Part shown: positions 49,897 to 58,238 of the stretch, piece after piece
Layout: the number at the start of each line of letters is the position of its first letter
How positions within the stretch are numbered: position 1 is the first letter of the stretch
Source of the DNA: Clostridia bacterium
GTDB taxonomy: Bacteria; Bacillota; Clostridia; TANB77; CAG-508
DNA length: 64,000 nucleotides
Direction of reading: 5' to 3'
NCBI GenBank assembly: GCA_017409455.1
Contig: JAFQSS010000028.1
Coordinates: forward strand, 11,007 to 75,006
Translations under genes and position numbers: made by a program
The notes under the pieces: generated by a model
What the model saw: only the letters and a program-made list of their open reading frames with translations
The model's database searches: none
Told to the model about the DNA's origin: nothing

Positions 49897-50682
49897 CTAC
49901 TTTAAAAGCACCAAAACTCCAGAGCTGTCGAATTGAATATGGTACGGATCATAGTTGTAACTGACACAAGCCACAGGATAATTGCTCCCATTATCATTGA
50001 AATTACCGCCCACCAGCGCATAACCGCCTTCACGGGTTACAATTTTGTAGCTGTTCCCCTGTCCATCACAGAATCCACCACACTTTCTTGCTCCCGTTTT
50101 TTCAATAGAATGAGTAGCTCCAGGTGCATTCCTGTAGTTACCTGCACTCGAAGAATCATTTGCAACATAGTCGAGTGTCCACAGACCATTTACGATGCGC
50201 AAAGCATACCAGATAAACAGTTCATGCAGATTGCTCAAACGAGAGTCCCTTTCGGGCGCATACTCTTTTGCTATCTGCATCCACTGGTTGCAAGAAAATC
50301 TTACGCCTACATCTTGATTAGCCTCATAGTAAACCTTTTCTTTATGAACGGATGGTTCCATATGGGCAATCCAGTAGTCATAATTGACTGCTTTAATTGC
50401 TTCTCTGACTCTTGTCAGAAAACTTTTTTCTCCGTCATTTTTTCCTTTTTGTTTTGCGAGCCAGTTCTTCACTTTTTCTCTATCTTCTACAGTGATTTTA
50501 GTGAAGAATTTAGCCTTGTCTCCAGTTTCCTCTACAGTTTCATTCTGTGAAAAAGTAGCCTTATCCTTCGACTTTTCAGAAGAATTAGGAATCAACCGTA
50601 AGATCTGTTCTCCATTTTCTACTGAGCTTAAAGTATAATGCATTCCTTCTGGTGTTTTTAACACAACTTCAAACTGTTCCAT
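49897..50682 (-). CDS. DGR target protein 1 (C-type-lectin/FGE-like fold inferred; VR1 at C-terminus)
   Basis: AAAGGAGG RBS before MEQFEVVLKTPEGMHY (track ORF begins 15 codons earlier); paralogue of 52550..53293; own TTGCAA-17-TATAAT promoter; C-terminal GGYALVGGNFNDNGSNYPVACVSYNYDPYHIQFDSSGVLVLLK. Confidence 0.85.
   Translation of the reverse strand: MEQFEVVLKTPEGMHYTLSSVENGEQILRLIPNSSEKSKDKATFSQNETVEETGDKAKFFTKITVEDREKVKNWLAKQKGKNDGEKSFLTRVREAIKAVNYDYWIAHMEPSVHKEKVYYEANQDVGVRFSCNQWMQIAKEYAPERDSRLSNLHELFIWYALRIVNGLWTLDYVANDSSSAGNYRNAPGATHSIEKTGARKCGGFCDGQGNSYKIVTREGGYALVGGNFNDNGSNYPVACVSYNYDPYHIQFDSSGVLVLLK
49908..50023 (-). repeat. DGR variable region VR1
   Basis: 116 nt, colinear with TR and without indels; 16 mismatches, 15 of them at TR adenines (coding strand). 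Confidence 0.9.
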
Positions 50683-50966
50683 TGTTTTCCTCCTTTTGTT
50701 ATAATCGTCAGTTTTTCTACATGACACTTTGTCATACTTTGTTATTATAACATATTATGTATGCTTTTGCAAATTCTTCAAGTACTACATCTCTATCGCA
50801 ATATAAAAAAGCATATATATATTCAATTTCTTAAATTTACTAACATATCTGCTTTTATAATTCATATTTACTTAAAATTTCTTTTAAGAAGGAATAGACT
50901 TCCTTTAATATCTAATAAATGTACTGTATATATTCCTTAAAATATATAATCTCGCTTAATATTAGA

Positions 50967-51082
50967 GCACCAAAACTCCAGAGCTGTTGTTTTGAATATT
51001 GTTTGGATTATTGTTGTAATTGACATCTGCCACAGGATAATTGTTTCCATTATTATTGTAATTACCGCCCACCAGCGCATAA
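50967..51082 (-). repeat. DGR template repeat (TR)
   Basis: Non-coding copy 19 nt downstream of the RT stop; in the VR frame it reads YALVGGNYNNNGNNYPVADVNYNNNPNNIQNNSSGVLV (16 AAY Asn codons in that reading; about 41 A in 116 nt by hand count). Confidence 0.9.
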
Positions 51083-51100
51083 TAAAAACCCAATTTAAGT

Positions 51101-52114
51101 CTATCCCTCTATATAAAACATACTTTTTCTTAAATTAAAAGAATCTGCATGTTTAACATAGCCTAGCCAACCTGCTATACTTCGTTGTATTTCAGGTAAT
51201 GTTATTTTTCCTTGTTTTAATAGCTTTGTATATCTCTTTAGTTTTCTTTTCATTCTACATTTACTTGTATGCCTTATTTTCATTCTTTTTTCATTGATTT
51301 TGTATCCACAAAAATTAACCCCTTGTATATCTTTAAAAATTCTTGTTTTTGAATTTAGCTGTAACCTTAATTTTTCTTCTAAAAATATATTTATAGATTG
51401 TAGCCATTCCTTTGCTCTTTCTTTATTCTCACACAATATGACTATATCATCCATATATCTATAATAATATTTGCATTTTAAAGTATGTTTAGAATATTGG
51501 TCTAATTCGTTTAAATATATATTTGCAAACATTTGCGAAGTATAGTTTCCTAATGGCAATCCTTTCATTCCTTCAGTGGATAGCAAAATTTCCCTTATCA
51601 GCCATAATAATTTCTTGTCTCTTATTTTTCTTTTTAAGATTTCCCAAAGAATTCTTTTATCTATATTTTGAAAATATTTAGAAATATCCATCTTTAATAT
51701 ATAGTAGTTATACCATTTGAACTTTGCACTTCTCATTCCTTTTTGCACATCTTTTGAAGCTTTGTGCATCCCTCTTCCTTCTATTCCTGCATATGTGGTA
51801 TTGATAAATTGCGTTACAAAATATGGCTTTATAAAATTTTCTACACACCACTGATGTACAATTCTATCTTTATAACTAGCAGCCCTAATAATCCTTTCTT
51901 TTGGTTCATATACTTTAAATTTTCTATATTTCCCTGGTTTATATGTACATTCTTTTAGATGCTTCTCGAGTTCTAGTAATTCTTGTTCTAATTTTAATTC
52001 AAAAATTATTACATCTCTTTTTTCTCTTTTTCCTCTTCTTGCTTTTTTATGTGCTAATAATAATTTTTCGAATGAAACACATTCTTCATATTTATTTCTT
52101 ATTGTTTTAGGCAT
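51101..52114 (-). CDS. DGR-type reverse transcriptase
   Basis: 337 aa; RT motifs incl. YRYMDDIVIL (YxDD) and LPLGNYTSQMFANIYLNELD (the [I/L]GxxxSQ motif characteristic of DGR RTs); no maturase, endonuclease or intron RNA domains. Confidence 0.9.
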   Translation of the reverse strand: MPKTIRNKYEECVSFEKLLLAHKKARRGKREKRDVIIFELKLEQELLELEKHLKECTYKPGKYRKFKVYEPKERIIRAASYKDRIVHQWCVENFIKPYFVTQFINTTYAGIEGRGMHKASKDVQKGMRSAKFKWYNYYILKMDISKYFQNIDKRILWEILKRKIRDKKLLWLIREILLSTEGMKGLPLGNYTSQMFANIYLNELDQYSKHTLKCKYYYRYMDDIVILCENKERAKEWLQSINIFLEEKLRLQLNSKTRIFKDIQGVNFCGYKINEKRMKIRHTSKCRMKRKLKRYTKLLKQGKITLPEIQRSIAGWLGYVKHADSFNLRKSMFYIEG

Positions 52115-52463
52115 TTTTTGCCTCCAACGCCTTGATTAATCCTCCTAACATTTTTCCTATTTCATTTAACAATTCATTACTATACTTATATTTCTTTTCA
52201 TCAATCCATTTTTGATTATACATTATTCTTATACAAATTCTTTGATAATATATATTACTATCAACAATATTATATATTTGTAATCTTTTATTTTTATCAA
52301 CCTTGCTCGCAAGAAGAATGTGTTTTAGCATTTCATACATACTTGTTTTTATTTCTGTTCCTATACTAAATTTTTCTGTTCTTGGTAATTTCAATAATAT
52401 TGTTAACATGTATTCTATGTATTTTTCAATTTTTACTATTATAACTAATTTATTATCATTCAT
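52107..52463 (-). CDS. avd: Avd-like four-helix-bundle accessory protein
   Basis: 118 aa from MNDNKLVII (GGGGGG RBS); basic helical protein whose stop overlaps the RT start by 8 nt, the usual avd position. Confidence 0.75.
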   Translation of the reverse strand: MNDNKLVIIVKIEKYIEYMLTILLKLPRTEKFSIGTEIKTSMYEMLKHILLASKVDKNKRLQIYNIVDSNIYYQRICIRIMYNQKWIDEKKYKYSNELLNEIGKMLGGLIKALEAKNA

Positions 52464-52549
52464 TTTATTTCCCCCCATAAAAAATAAAAAGAGAGAAACC
52501 TGAATTTTCAAATTTCTCTCTTTTGTTAGATTGTGTTCAGTGGTCAGTG

Positions 52550-53293
52550 CTACTTCAAAAGCACCAAAACTCCAGAGCTGTAGGACTGAATATCGTATGG
52601 ATGACTGTTGTAATTGACATCCGCCACAGGATAATTGTGACCATTATTATTGTAATACCCGCCCACCAGCGCATAACCGCCTTCGCGGGTTACAATTTTG
52701 TAGCTATTACCCTGTCCATCACAGAATCCGCCACACTTTCTTGCCCCAGTTTTTTCTAGAGAATGAGTAGCTCCAGGTGAATTCCTGTAGTTCCCTACGA
52801 TCGAAGAATCATTTGCAACATAATCGAGTGTCCACAGGCGGTTCACAATACGCAAAGCATACCAGATGAAGAGCTCATACTCGTTGCTCAAGCGAGAGCC
52901 TCTTTCAGGCGCATACTCTTTTGCCATCTTAATCCACTCGTTGCAGGAAAATCCTACGCCTACAGCATTACCTTCAGCATAATAAATTTTCCCCTCTGTG
53001 ACAGAAGGTTCCAGATTTGCAATCCAGTAGTCGTAATCAACTGCTTTAAGTGCATTTCTGACTCTTTTCAGAAAACTTTTTTCTCTTTCATTTTCGCTTT
53101 TTTGTTTCACCAGCCAGATTTTCACCTTTTCTCTGTCTTCTGCAGTAATTTGGGTGAAAAATTTAGCTTTGTCCCCGGACTTTTCAGAAGAATCGGGAAC
53201 CAACCGTAGTATCAGTTCTCCATTTTCTCCTATAGCTGCCTCATAGTGCATATCCTGAGGTGCTTCTAACACAACCTTTCTTAACCGTTCCAT
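52550..53293 (-). CDS. DGR target protein 2 (paralogue of target 1; VR2 at C-terminus)
   Basis: 247 aa; MERLRKVVLEAPQDMHY...; same 5' UTR/RBS as target 1; TTGAAA-17-TATAAT promoter overlapping the dtd 3' end. Confidence 0.85.
   Translation of the reverse strand: MERLRKVVLEAPQDMHYEAAIGENGELILRLVPDSSEKSGDKAKFFTQITAEDREKVKIWLVKQKSENEREKSFLKRVRNALKAVDYDYWIANLEPSVTEGKIYYAEGNAVGVGFSCNEWIKMAKEYAPERGSRLSNEYELFIWYALRIVNRLWTLDYVANDSSIVGNYRNSPGATHSLEKTGARKCGGFCDGQGNSYKIVTREGGYALVGGYYNNNGHNYPVADVNYNSHPYDIQSYSSGVLVLLK
52561..52676 (-). repeat. DGR variable region VR2
   Basis: 116 nt, colinear with TR; 13 mismatches, 12 at TR adenines. Confidence 0.9.
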
Positions 53294-53372
53294 TGTTTTC
53301 CTCCTTTTGTCATTATCAACAGTTTTCTACATAGCATTTGCTAGTATGCTAATTATTATATCACGTATTTCC

Positions 53373-53810
53373 TTATTTTTCAACTATAATCGTTACAGGT
53401 CCATCATTTAATAGCTCAACCTTCATATCAGCGCCAAAGATTCCTTTTTGAACCTCAATTCCATTTTTAGCACATTCGTCACAAAAATATTCATATAAAG
53501 GAATTGCTTCATCTGGTCTAGCAGCTTCAATAAAGCTTGGTCTATTTCCATCAGCACAATTACCATATAAAGTAAATTGTGACACTATAAGTAATTTTCC
53601 ATTTACATCTTTTAAACCTAGATTCATTTTATCATTTTCATCTGTAAAAACTCTTAAATTACAAACTTTTTTTACTAGATAATCAGCTTGTTCTTTAGTA
53701 TCTCCAACTTTTATTCCAACTAGTACTAAAAATCCTTTTTCTATTTCTCCAACTATTTTATTATCCACTTCTACACTTGCATTTTTTACTCTTTGTATAA
53801 CTACTTTCAT
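53373..53810 (-). CDS. dtd: D-aminoacyl-tRNA deacylase
   Basis: 145 aa; MKVVIQRV..ASV.V, SQFTLYG, GADM.V.L.NDGPVTI. Confidence 0.9.
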   Translation of the reverse strand: MKVVIQRVKNASVEVDNKIVGEIEKGFLVLVGIKVGDTKEQADYLVKKVCNLRVFTDENDKMNLGLKDVNGKLLIVSQFTLYGNCADGNRPSFIEAARPDEAIPLYEYFCDECAKNGIEVQKGIFGADMKVELLNDGPVTIIVEK

Positions 53811-53864
53811 TTCTTCATTCTCCTATTTATCAAAAACGCCCCGTTATGTATGGGGCATTTGTTT

Positions 53865-54452
53865 TTATTCATTTTCTTTTTTTGATTCTTCTTGTGTTTC
53901 AACTGCCATTACTTCTGTAACTCTTTCTAAATCATTTTCTGTTACAGTTTCTTTAGTAGGAGTTTCTTCTACTACTGATTCTCCAGAAACTTCTTCTTCA
54001 ACAATTCTTGCTTCTTCTTGATTGTCTGGTTCAATTTCTGAATTTGCTAAATCGTGTTTTACAACTTCTGCATTTAGAACTTCTGCCCCTGGTTGTTTAG
54101 CTCCGCATTTAGGACAAAAGGCATTCTTGGTTTCGATTTCTGCATGACATTTTTCACATTGTCTTTTATCTTTTAATTCTAATATAGATTTTAAACAAGT
54201 TTCTATTTCTGCTGATAATACATCTATTTTTGTGCATTCTTCTTCTAGCTCAGATTTTATATCAATGTTTTCTTCTCTAACATGTTTTTCATAAACTTTT
54301 CTTCCAATTTCTTTATATAAGTCATTAATATCAGATTTATTTTCATTGATTTTCATTCGAAGTTTTGCTTCTTTAGCAAGTTTTCCTGTTTTTTCAGCTG
54401 TTGCATCATAAGCAGCGCTTGCTTTTTTGCTTAAATTATCAAAAAATCCCAT
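53865..54452 (-). CDS. zinc-ribbon domain protein with acidic tail
   Basis: 195 aa; coiled-coil N-terminus, CEKCHAEIETKNAFCPKCG ribbon. Confidence 0.5.
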   Translation of the reverse strand: MGFFDNLSKKASAAYDATAEKTGKLAKEAKLRMKINENKSDINDLYKEIGRKVYEKHVREENIDIKSELEEECTKIDVLSAEIETCLKSILELKDKRQCEKCHAEIETKNAFCPKCGAKQPGAEVLNAEVVKHDLANSEIEPDNQEEARIVEEEVSGESVVEETPTKETVTENDLERVTEVMAVETQEESKKENE

Positions 54453-54504
54453 ATCTTGTTCCTCCTATTTTTCTATATTATTTACAAATTTTATATATAT
54501 ATTC

Positions 54505-55491
54505 TTAATCTTCGCTTTTTTTAGCTCTGTTCATTAAGATGTTTACAGCATCTTCTGGTTTTAAGCCTTCATATAAAATTCCATAAACAGCTTCAACTAT
54601 AGGCATTTCTATATTATGCAATTTTCCTAATTCATGTGCAACTTCTATATTATCTATACTTTCAATTACCATTCCAACTTCTTGTTTTGCTTCATCAAGA
54701 GTTTTACCTTGTCCAATTAATTTTCCAGCTCTTCTATTTCTACTATGTTCACTTAAACATGTAACAATTAAGTCTCCAAGACCACTTAGACCATATAAAG
54801 TATCTCTTTGCCCTCCAAGAGCAACTCCAAGTCTTGTTAGTTCAGCTAATCCTCTTGTTATTAATGCTGCAAAAGTATTGTCTCCTAAGCCAATTCCTGC
54901 TGCAACTCCTGCACAAAAAGCTATAATATTTTTTAATGCTCCTCCAAGTTCAACACCTTTAACATCTCTTGATGTATATATTCTCATTTTGTTAGACATA
55001 AATGCATCTTGAACTAATTTTAATACTGCATTATGTTTTGATGCTACAACTAATACTGTTTCCAATGCTACTGATACTTCTTCTGCATGGCTTGGTCCTG
55101 ATAATACTGCAATTTTAGCATTTGGAATTTCTTCTTGAATTACTTCATCTAATGTTAATAAACTATCTTTTTCGAATCCTTTTGAACATATTACAATTGG
55201 TTGATTTGTAACATATTGTTTGTACTGTTTTACTACATCTCTTGTGAATTTTGATGGTGTTACATGTATTATAAAATCTGTTCCTTCTATTGCATCTTTA
55301 TGTGATGTTGTACATTTTATTCCCTCTGGTATTTGTGCATTTGGTAAGAATTTGCATTTCTTTTCATTATTAATCATGTCACATTCTTCTTTAGAAAATG
55401 ACCATAAATTTACATTATGTCCTTGTTTTGCTAAGTGAATTGCAAGTGCAACTCCCCAACTTCCACTTCCTATTATTGCTATGTTTTTCAT
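54505..55491 (-). CDS. gpsA: NAD(P)H-dependent glycerol-3-phosphate dehydrogenase
   Basis: 328 aa; IIGSGSWGVALA Rossmann motif, GALKNIIA. Confidence 0.9.
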   Translation of the reverse strand: MKNIAIIGSGSWGVALAIHLAKQGHNVNLWSFSKEECDMINNEKKCKFLPNAQIPEGIKCTTSHKDAIEGTDFIIHVTPSKFTRDVVKQYKQYVTNQPIVICSKGFEKDSLLTLDEVIQEEIPNAKIAVLSGPSHAEEVSVALETVLVVASKHNAVLKLVQDAFMSNKMRIYTSRDVKGVELGGALKNIIAFCAGVAAGIGLGDNTFAALITRGLAELTRLGVALGGQRDTLYGLSGLGDLIVTCLSEHSRNRRAGKLIGQGKTLDEAKQEVGMVIESIDNIEVAHELGKLHNIEMPIVEAVYGILYEGLKPEDAVNILMNRAKKSED

Positions 55492-55503
55492 CTATTGTTC
55501 CCC

Positions 55504-56139
55504 CTAATCTTTTTTCTTGAAACTTAATTTATTTTCTGTTCCATTTAATATTCTTTGTATATTACTTCTATGATTAAATGCTACTATTACAGCTAAAATT
55601 ACACTATATATAAAATATCCACTTCCTTCTGATACTATGAAGTTAGTATTATTAAATAATACTAATATAGGAAACAATATCGCTGCTCCTACTGAGCCCA
55701 TTGATACCATTTTTGTTAATGCCATTAATACTAATGCAAATACTAAACATATTAATCCTATTTTCCAGTTTGTCATTAATAATACACCTAATGATGTTGC
55801 AACACCTTTTCCTCCTTTAAATCCAAAGAATATTGGAAATGTATGTCCAACTACAACAAGTATTCCTGCTACTTGTACTAATAATGCTTTGTCTGAATTT
55901 TTTGCGATTACTCCAACTATTACTGCAAATAGTATTGCTGCTACTCCTTTTAATGCATCTCCTAATAATGTTAATGCTGCTGCTTTTTTCCCTACTGAAC
56001 GCAACATGTTTGTTGCTCCTGCATTTCCGCTTCCTTTTTCTCTTACATCAAATCCTGCCATTTTTTTACTTATTATTACTGAAAAACTTATACTTCCTAA
56101 TAAATATGCTACTAACCCTACTATTATATATGCTGCCAT
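55504..56139 (-). CDS. plsY: glycerol-3-phosphate acyltransferase PlsY
   Basis: 211 aa; GSGNAGATN and FKGGKGVAT motifs. Confidence 0.9.
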   Translation of the reverse strand: MAAYIIVGLVAYLLGSISFSVIISKKMAGFDVREKGSGNAGATNMLRSVGKKAAALTLLGDALKGVAAILFAVIVGVIAKNSDKALLVQVAGILVVVGHTFPIFFGFKGGKGVATSLGVLLMTNWKIGLICLVFALVLMALTKMVSMGSVGAAILFPILVLFNNTNFIVSEGSGYFIYSVILAVIVAFNHRSNIQRILNGTENKLSFKKKD

Positions 56140-56155
56140 TATAATTTCCTCCTCT

Positions 56156-56207
56156 AATTTGGGGACGGTCCTTTTTTTCGCGAATTTGGGGACGGTCCTT
56201 TTTTTTA
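56156..56207. repeat. type-2 palindromic repeat, 2 tandem units
   Basis: aatttggggacggtcctttttttcgcgaa / tttggggacggtccttttttttac; fills the der-plsY spacer and overlaps the der stop. Confidence 0.9.
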
Positions 56208-57533
56208 CATTTCTTTCTCTAATTTTTCTCTTACTATCACCCTAACTGGTGTTCCTTCTAATCCAAATTCTTTTCTTATTTGATTTACTAAATATCTTTC
56301 ATATGAAAAATGGAATAGTTCTTTATTATTTACGAATATTACAAATGTTGGTGGTTTTGTGCTTGCTTGTGTTCCATATAATATTTTTAATCTTTTTCCT
56401 TTATCTGTTGGTGGTTGAACTATTGCAATAGCTTCATTTATTACTTGATTTAATACTGATGTTGAAATTCTCATTGCATTTTGTTCTGCCACATGATTTA
56501 TCATATCAAATAACTTGTCCACTCTCTGTCCTGTTTTTGCTGATATGAATATTACTGGTGCATAAGATAAATATGATAATTTCTCATATATTTCTTTTTT
56601 ATATCTTTCTAATGTTCCTGTTTCTTTTTCATATTCATCCCATTTATTTACTACTATAATTATTCCTTTTCCAGCTTCATGTGCTTCTCCCGCGATTTTA
56701 GCATCTTGATCAGTTACACCTTCGTTTGCATCTATCATCATCAAACATACATCAGCTCTTTCAATTGCTAAAAGAGTTCTCATTATACTGAATTTTTCTA
56801 TTGATTCTGTTACTTTACTTTTTCTCCTAATTCCAGCTGTATCTATTAATACATATTTTCCATGTTCATTTTCATATTCAGTATCTATTGCATCCCTTGT
56901 TGTTCCAGCAATTGAACTTACTATTGTTCTATTTTGTCCCAATATTTTATTTATTAATGATGATTTTCCTACATTTGGCTTTCCTATTACGGCAACTCTT
57001 ATTCTGTCATCTTCATCTTCACCTTCTTGTTTTTCAGGGAAGTTTTCATATATTGCATCTAAAACATCACCTATACCTAAAGCGTTTGCTGCTGATACAG
57101 GATGAGGTTCACCTATTCCCAAATTATAAAATTCATATATCTCATTTTTGTCTCTACTCATATCATCAGCTTTGTTACATACTAATACAACTGGTTTATG
57201 AGATTTTTTTAACATCATTGCTATTTCTTCATCTGCAGCTGTTACACCTTGTTTAATATCTGTTAAAAATATTATAACATCCGCAATATCTATTGCAATT
57301 TTTGCTTGTTCTCTCATTTGAGAAATAATAATATCATCTGATTCTGGTTCTATACCTGCTGTGTCTACAATTGTGAAGTTTCTTCCTCTCCAGTTTGTTT
57401 CCGCATACACTCTATCTCTAGTTACTCCTGGCGTGTCTTCTACTATTGATATTCTACTTCCTACTATATAATTAAAAAATGTTGATTTTCCTACATTCGG
57501 TTTTCCTATTATTGCTACTGTTGGTTTTGACAT
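56205..57533 (-). CDS. der: ribosome biogenesis GTPase Der (EngA)
   Basis: 442 aa; two tandem GTPase domains (GKPNVGKST twice) plus a KH-like C-terminus. Confidence 0.95.
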   Translation of the reverse strand: MSKPTVAIIGKPNVGKSTFFNYIVGSRISIVEDTPGVTRDRVYAETNWRGRNFTIVDTAGIEPESDDIIISQMREQAKIAIDIADVIIFLTDIKQGVTAADEEIAMMLKKSHKPVVLVCNKADDMSRDKNEIYEFYNLGIGEPHPVSAANALGIGDVLDAIYENFPEKQEGEDEDDRIRVAVIGKPNVGKSSLINKILGQNRTIVSSIAGTTRDAIDTEYENEHGKYVLIDTAGIRRKSKVTESIEKFSIMRTLLAIERADVCLMMIDANEGVTDQDAKIAGEAHEAGKGIIIVVNKWDEYEKETGTLERYKKEIYEKLSYLSYAPVIFISAKTGQRVDKLFDMINHVAEQNAMRISTSVLNQVINEAIAIVQPPTDKGKRLKILYGTQASTKPPTFVIFVNNKELFHFSYERYLVNQIRKEFGLEGTPVRVIVREKLEKEM

Positions 57534-57552
57534 TTTCTACCTGCCTTTCTTA

Positions 57553-57601
57553 AATTGGGACCTGGTCCCTTTTTGCGCAAAAAGGGACCGGGTCTGTTTT
57601 T
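57553..57601. repeat. type-1 palindromic repeat, 2 units
   Basis: aaattgggacctggtccctttttgcgcaaaaagggaccgggtctgttttt, between the M50 protease gene and der. Confidence 0.9.
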
Positions 57602-57614
57602 CATATTTATTTTA

Positions 57615-58223
57615 CTATTTTCCTTGCAAAATAGCAAGAGTTTTGTCATTTTTTTCTTGCAAAACAATAGACCATAAAAAGATACAAACTAGAAATATAG
57701 CAATATTTTTATAGAAGTATACAGTTATACTACTTATAATAGTTAATACTATCATAGTTATATTTGAAATTTTATTAATTATATTTTCAGTTTGGATTAT
57801 TCCCACTTTTGTATATATAATACCTTTTATAATTCGTCCTCCATCTAATGGATATAAAGGAATTAAATTGAAAAATAGTATTAATAAATTAGAATAAACC
57901 GCTTCTTGTTTTGTAATATATGGCAATTCTATGTAATTAAACCAAATAGCAAGAAATAAACTTGAAATTGGCCCAGCTAATGCAACTAAAATTTCTTTAA
58001 TATTATAATGCTTGTCATCAAAATCAGTATAAAAAACTGCTGATAGTCCAAATGGCATAATTTCTATTTTTTCTATTTTCTTTTTTAATATTATTCCAAC
58101 AATTATATGTCCTAATTCGTGTAAAAAAGAAAAAAACATTACTATTAAATAAATTTTTATTTGTTTAGTAAAGTAAAATATAATCATACAAAATAAAATT
58201 TTTAAATCTATTCTAATTTTCAA
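57615..58223 (-). CDS. M50 site-2 protease, short SpoIVFB-like form
   Basis: 202 aa; HELGH and NLIPLYPLDGGR motifs in TM helices; no C-terminal CBS domain; downstream of an M23 gene (spoIVFA-spoIVFB-like pairing). Confidence 0.6.
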   Translation of the reverse strand: MKIRIDLKILFCMIIFYFTKQIKIYLIVMFFSFLHELGHIIVGIILKKKIEKIEIMPFGLSAVFYTDFDDKHYNIKEILVALAGPISSLFLAIWFNYIELPYITKQEAVYSNLLILFFNLIPLYPLDGGRIIKGIIYTKVGIIQTENIINKISNITMIVLTIISSITVYFYKNIAIFLVCIFLWSIVLQEKNDKTLAILQGK

Positions 58224-58238
58224 ATTTGCCTTCCTTTC

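Larger units (their letters stand above)
49824..53372 (-). mobile_element. diversity-generating retroelement (DGR) locus: target2/VR2 - avd - RT - TR - target1/VR1
   Basis: RT + overlapping Avd-like gene + 116-nt TR + two 116-nt VRs whose mismatches to TR fall at TR adenines (27 of 29 by hand alignment). Confidence 0.9.

Noticed and set aside
51101-52114. RT as a group II intron maturase or retron RT
   Set aside because: No intron RNA domains, maturase X or endonuclease domain, and no msr/msd-like inverted repeats. The Avd-like partner, the IGxxxSQ-type motif and the TR/VR pairs with A-specific mismatches point to a DGR.
52523-52759. 78-aa plus-strand track ORF across VR2
   Set aside because: Antisense shadow of DGR target gene 2, as 49933..50550 is for target 1.
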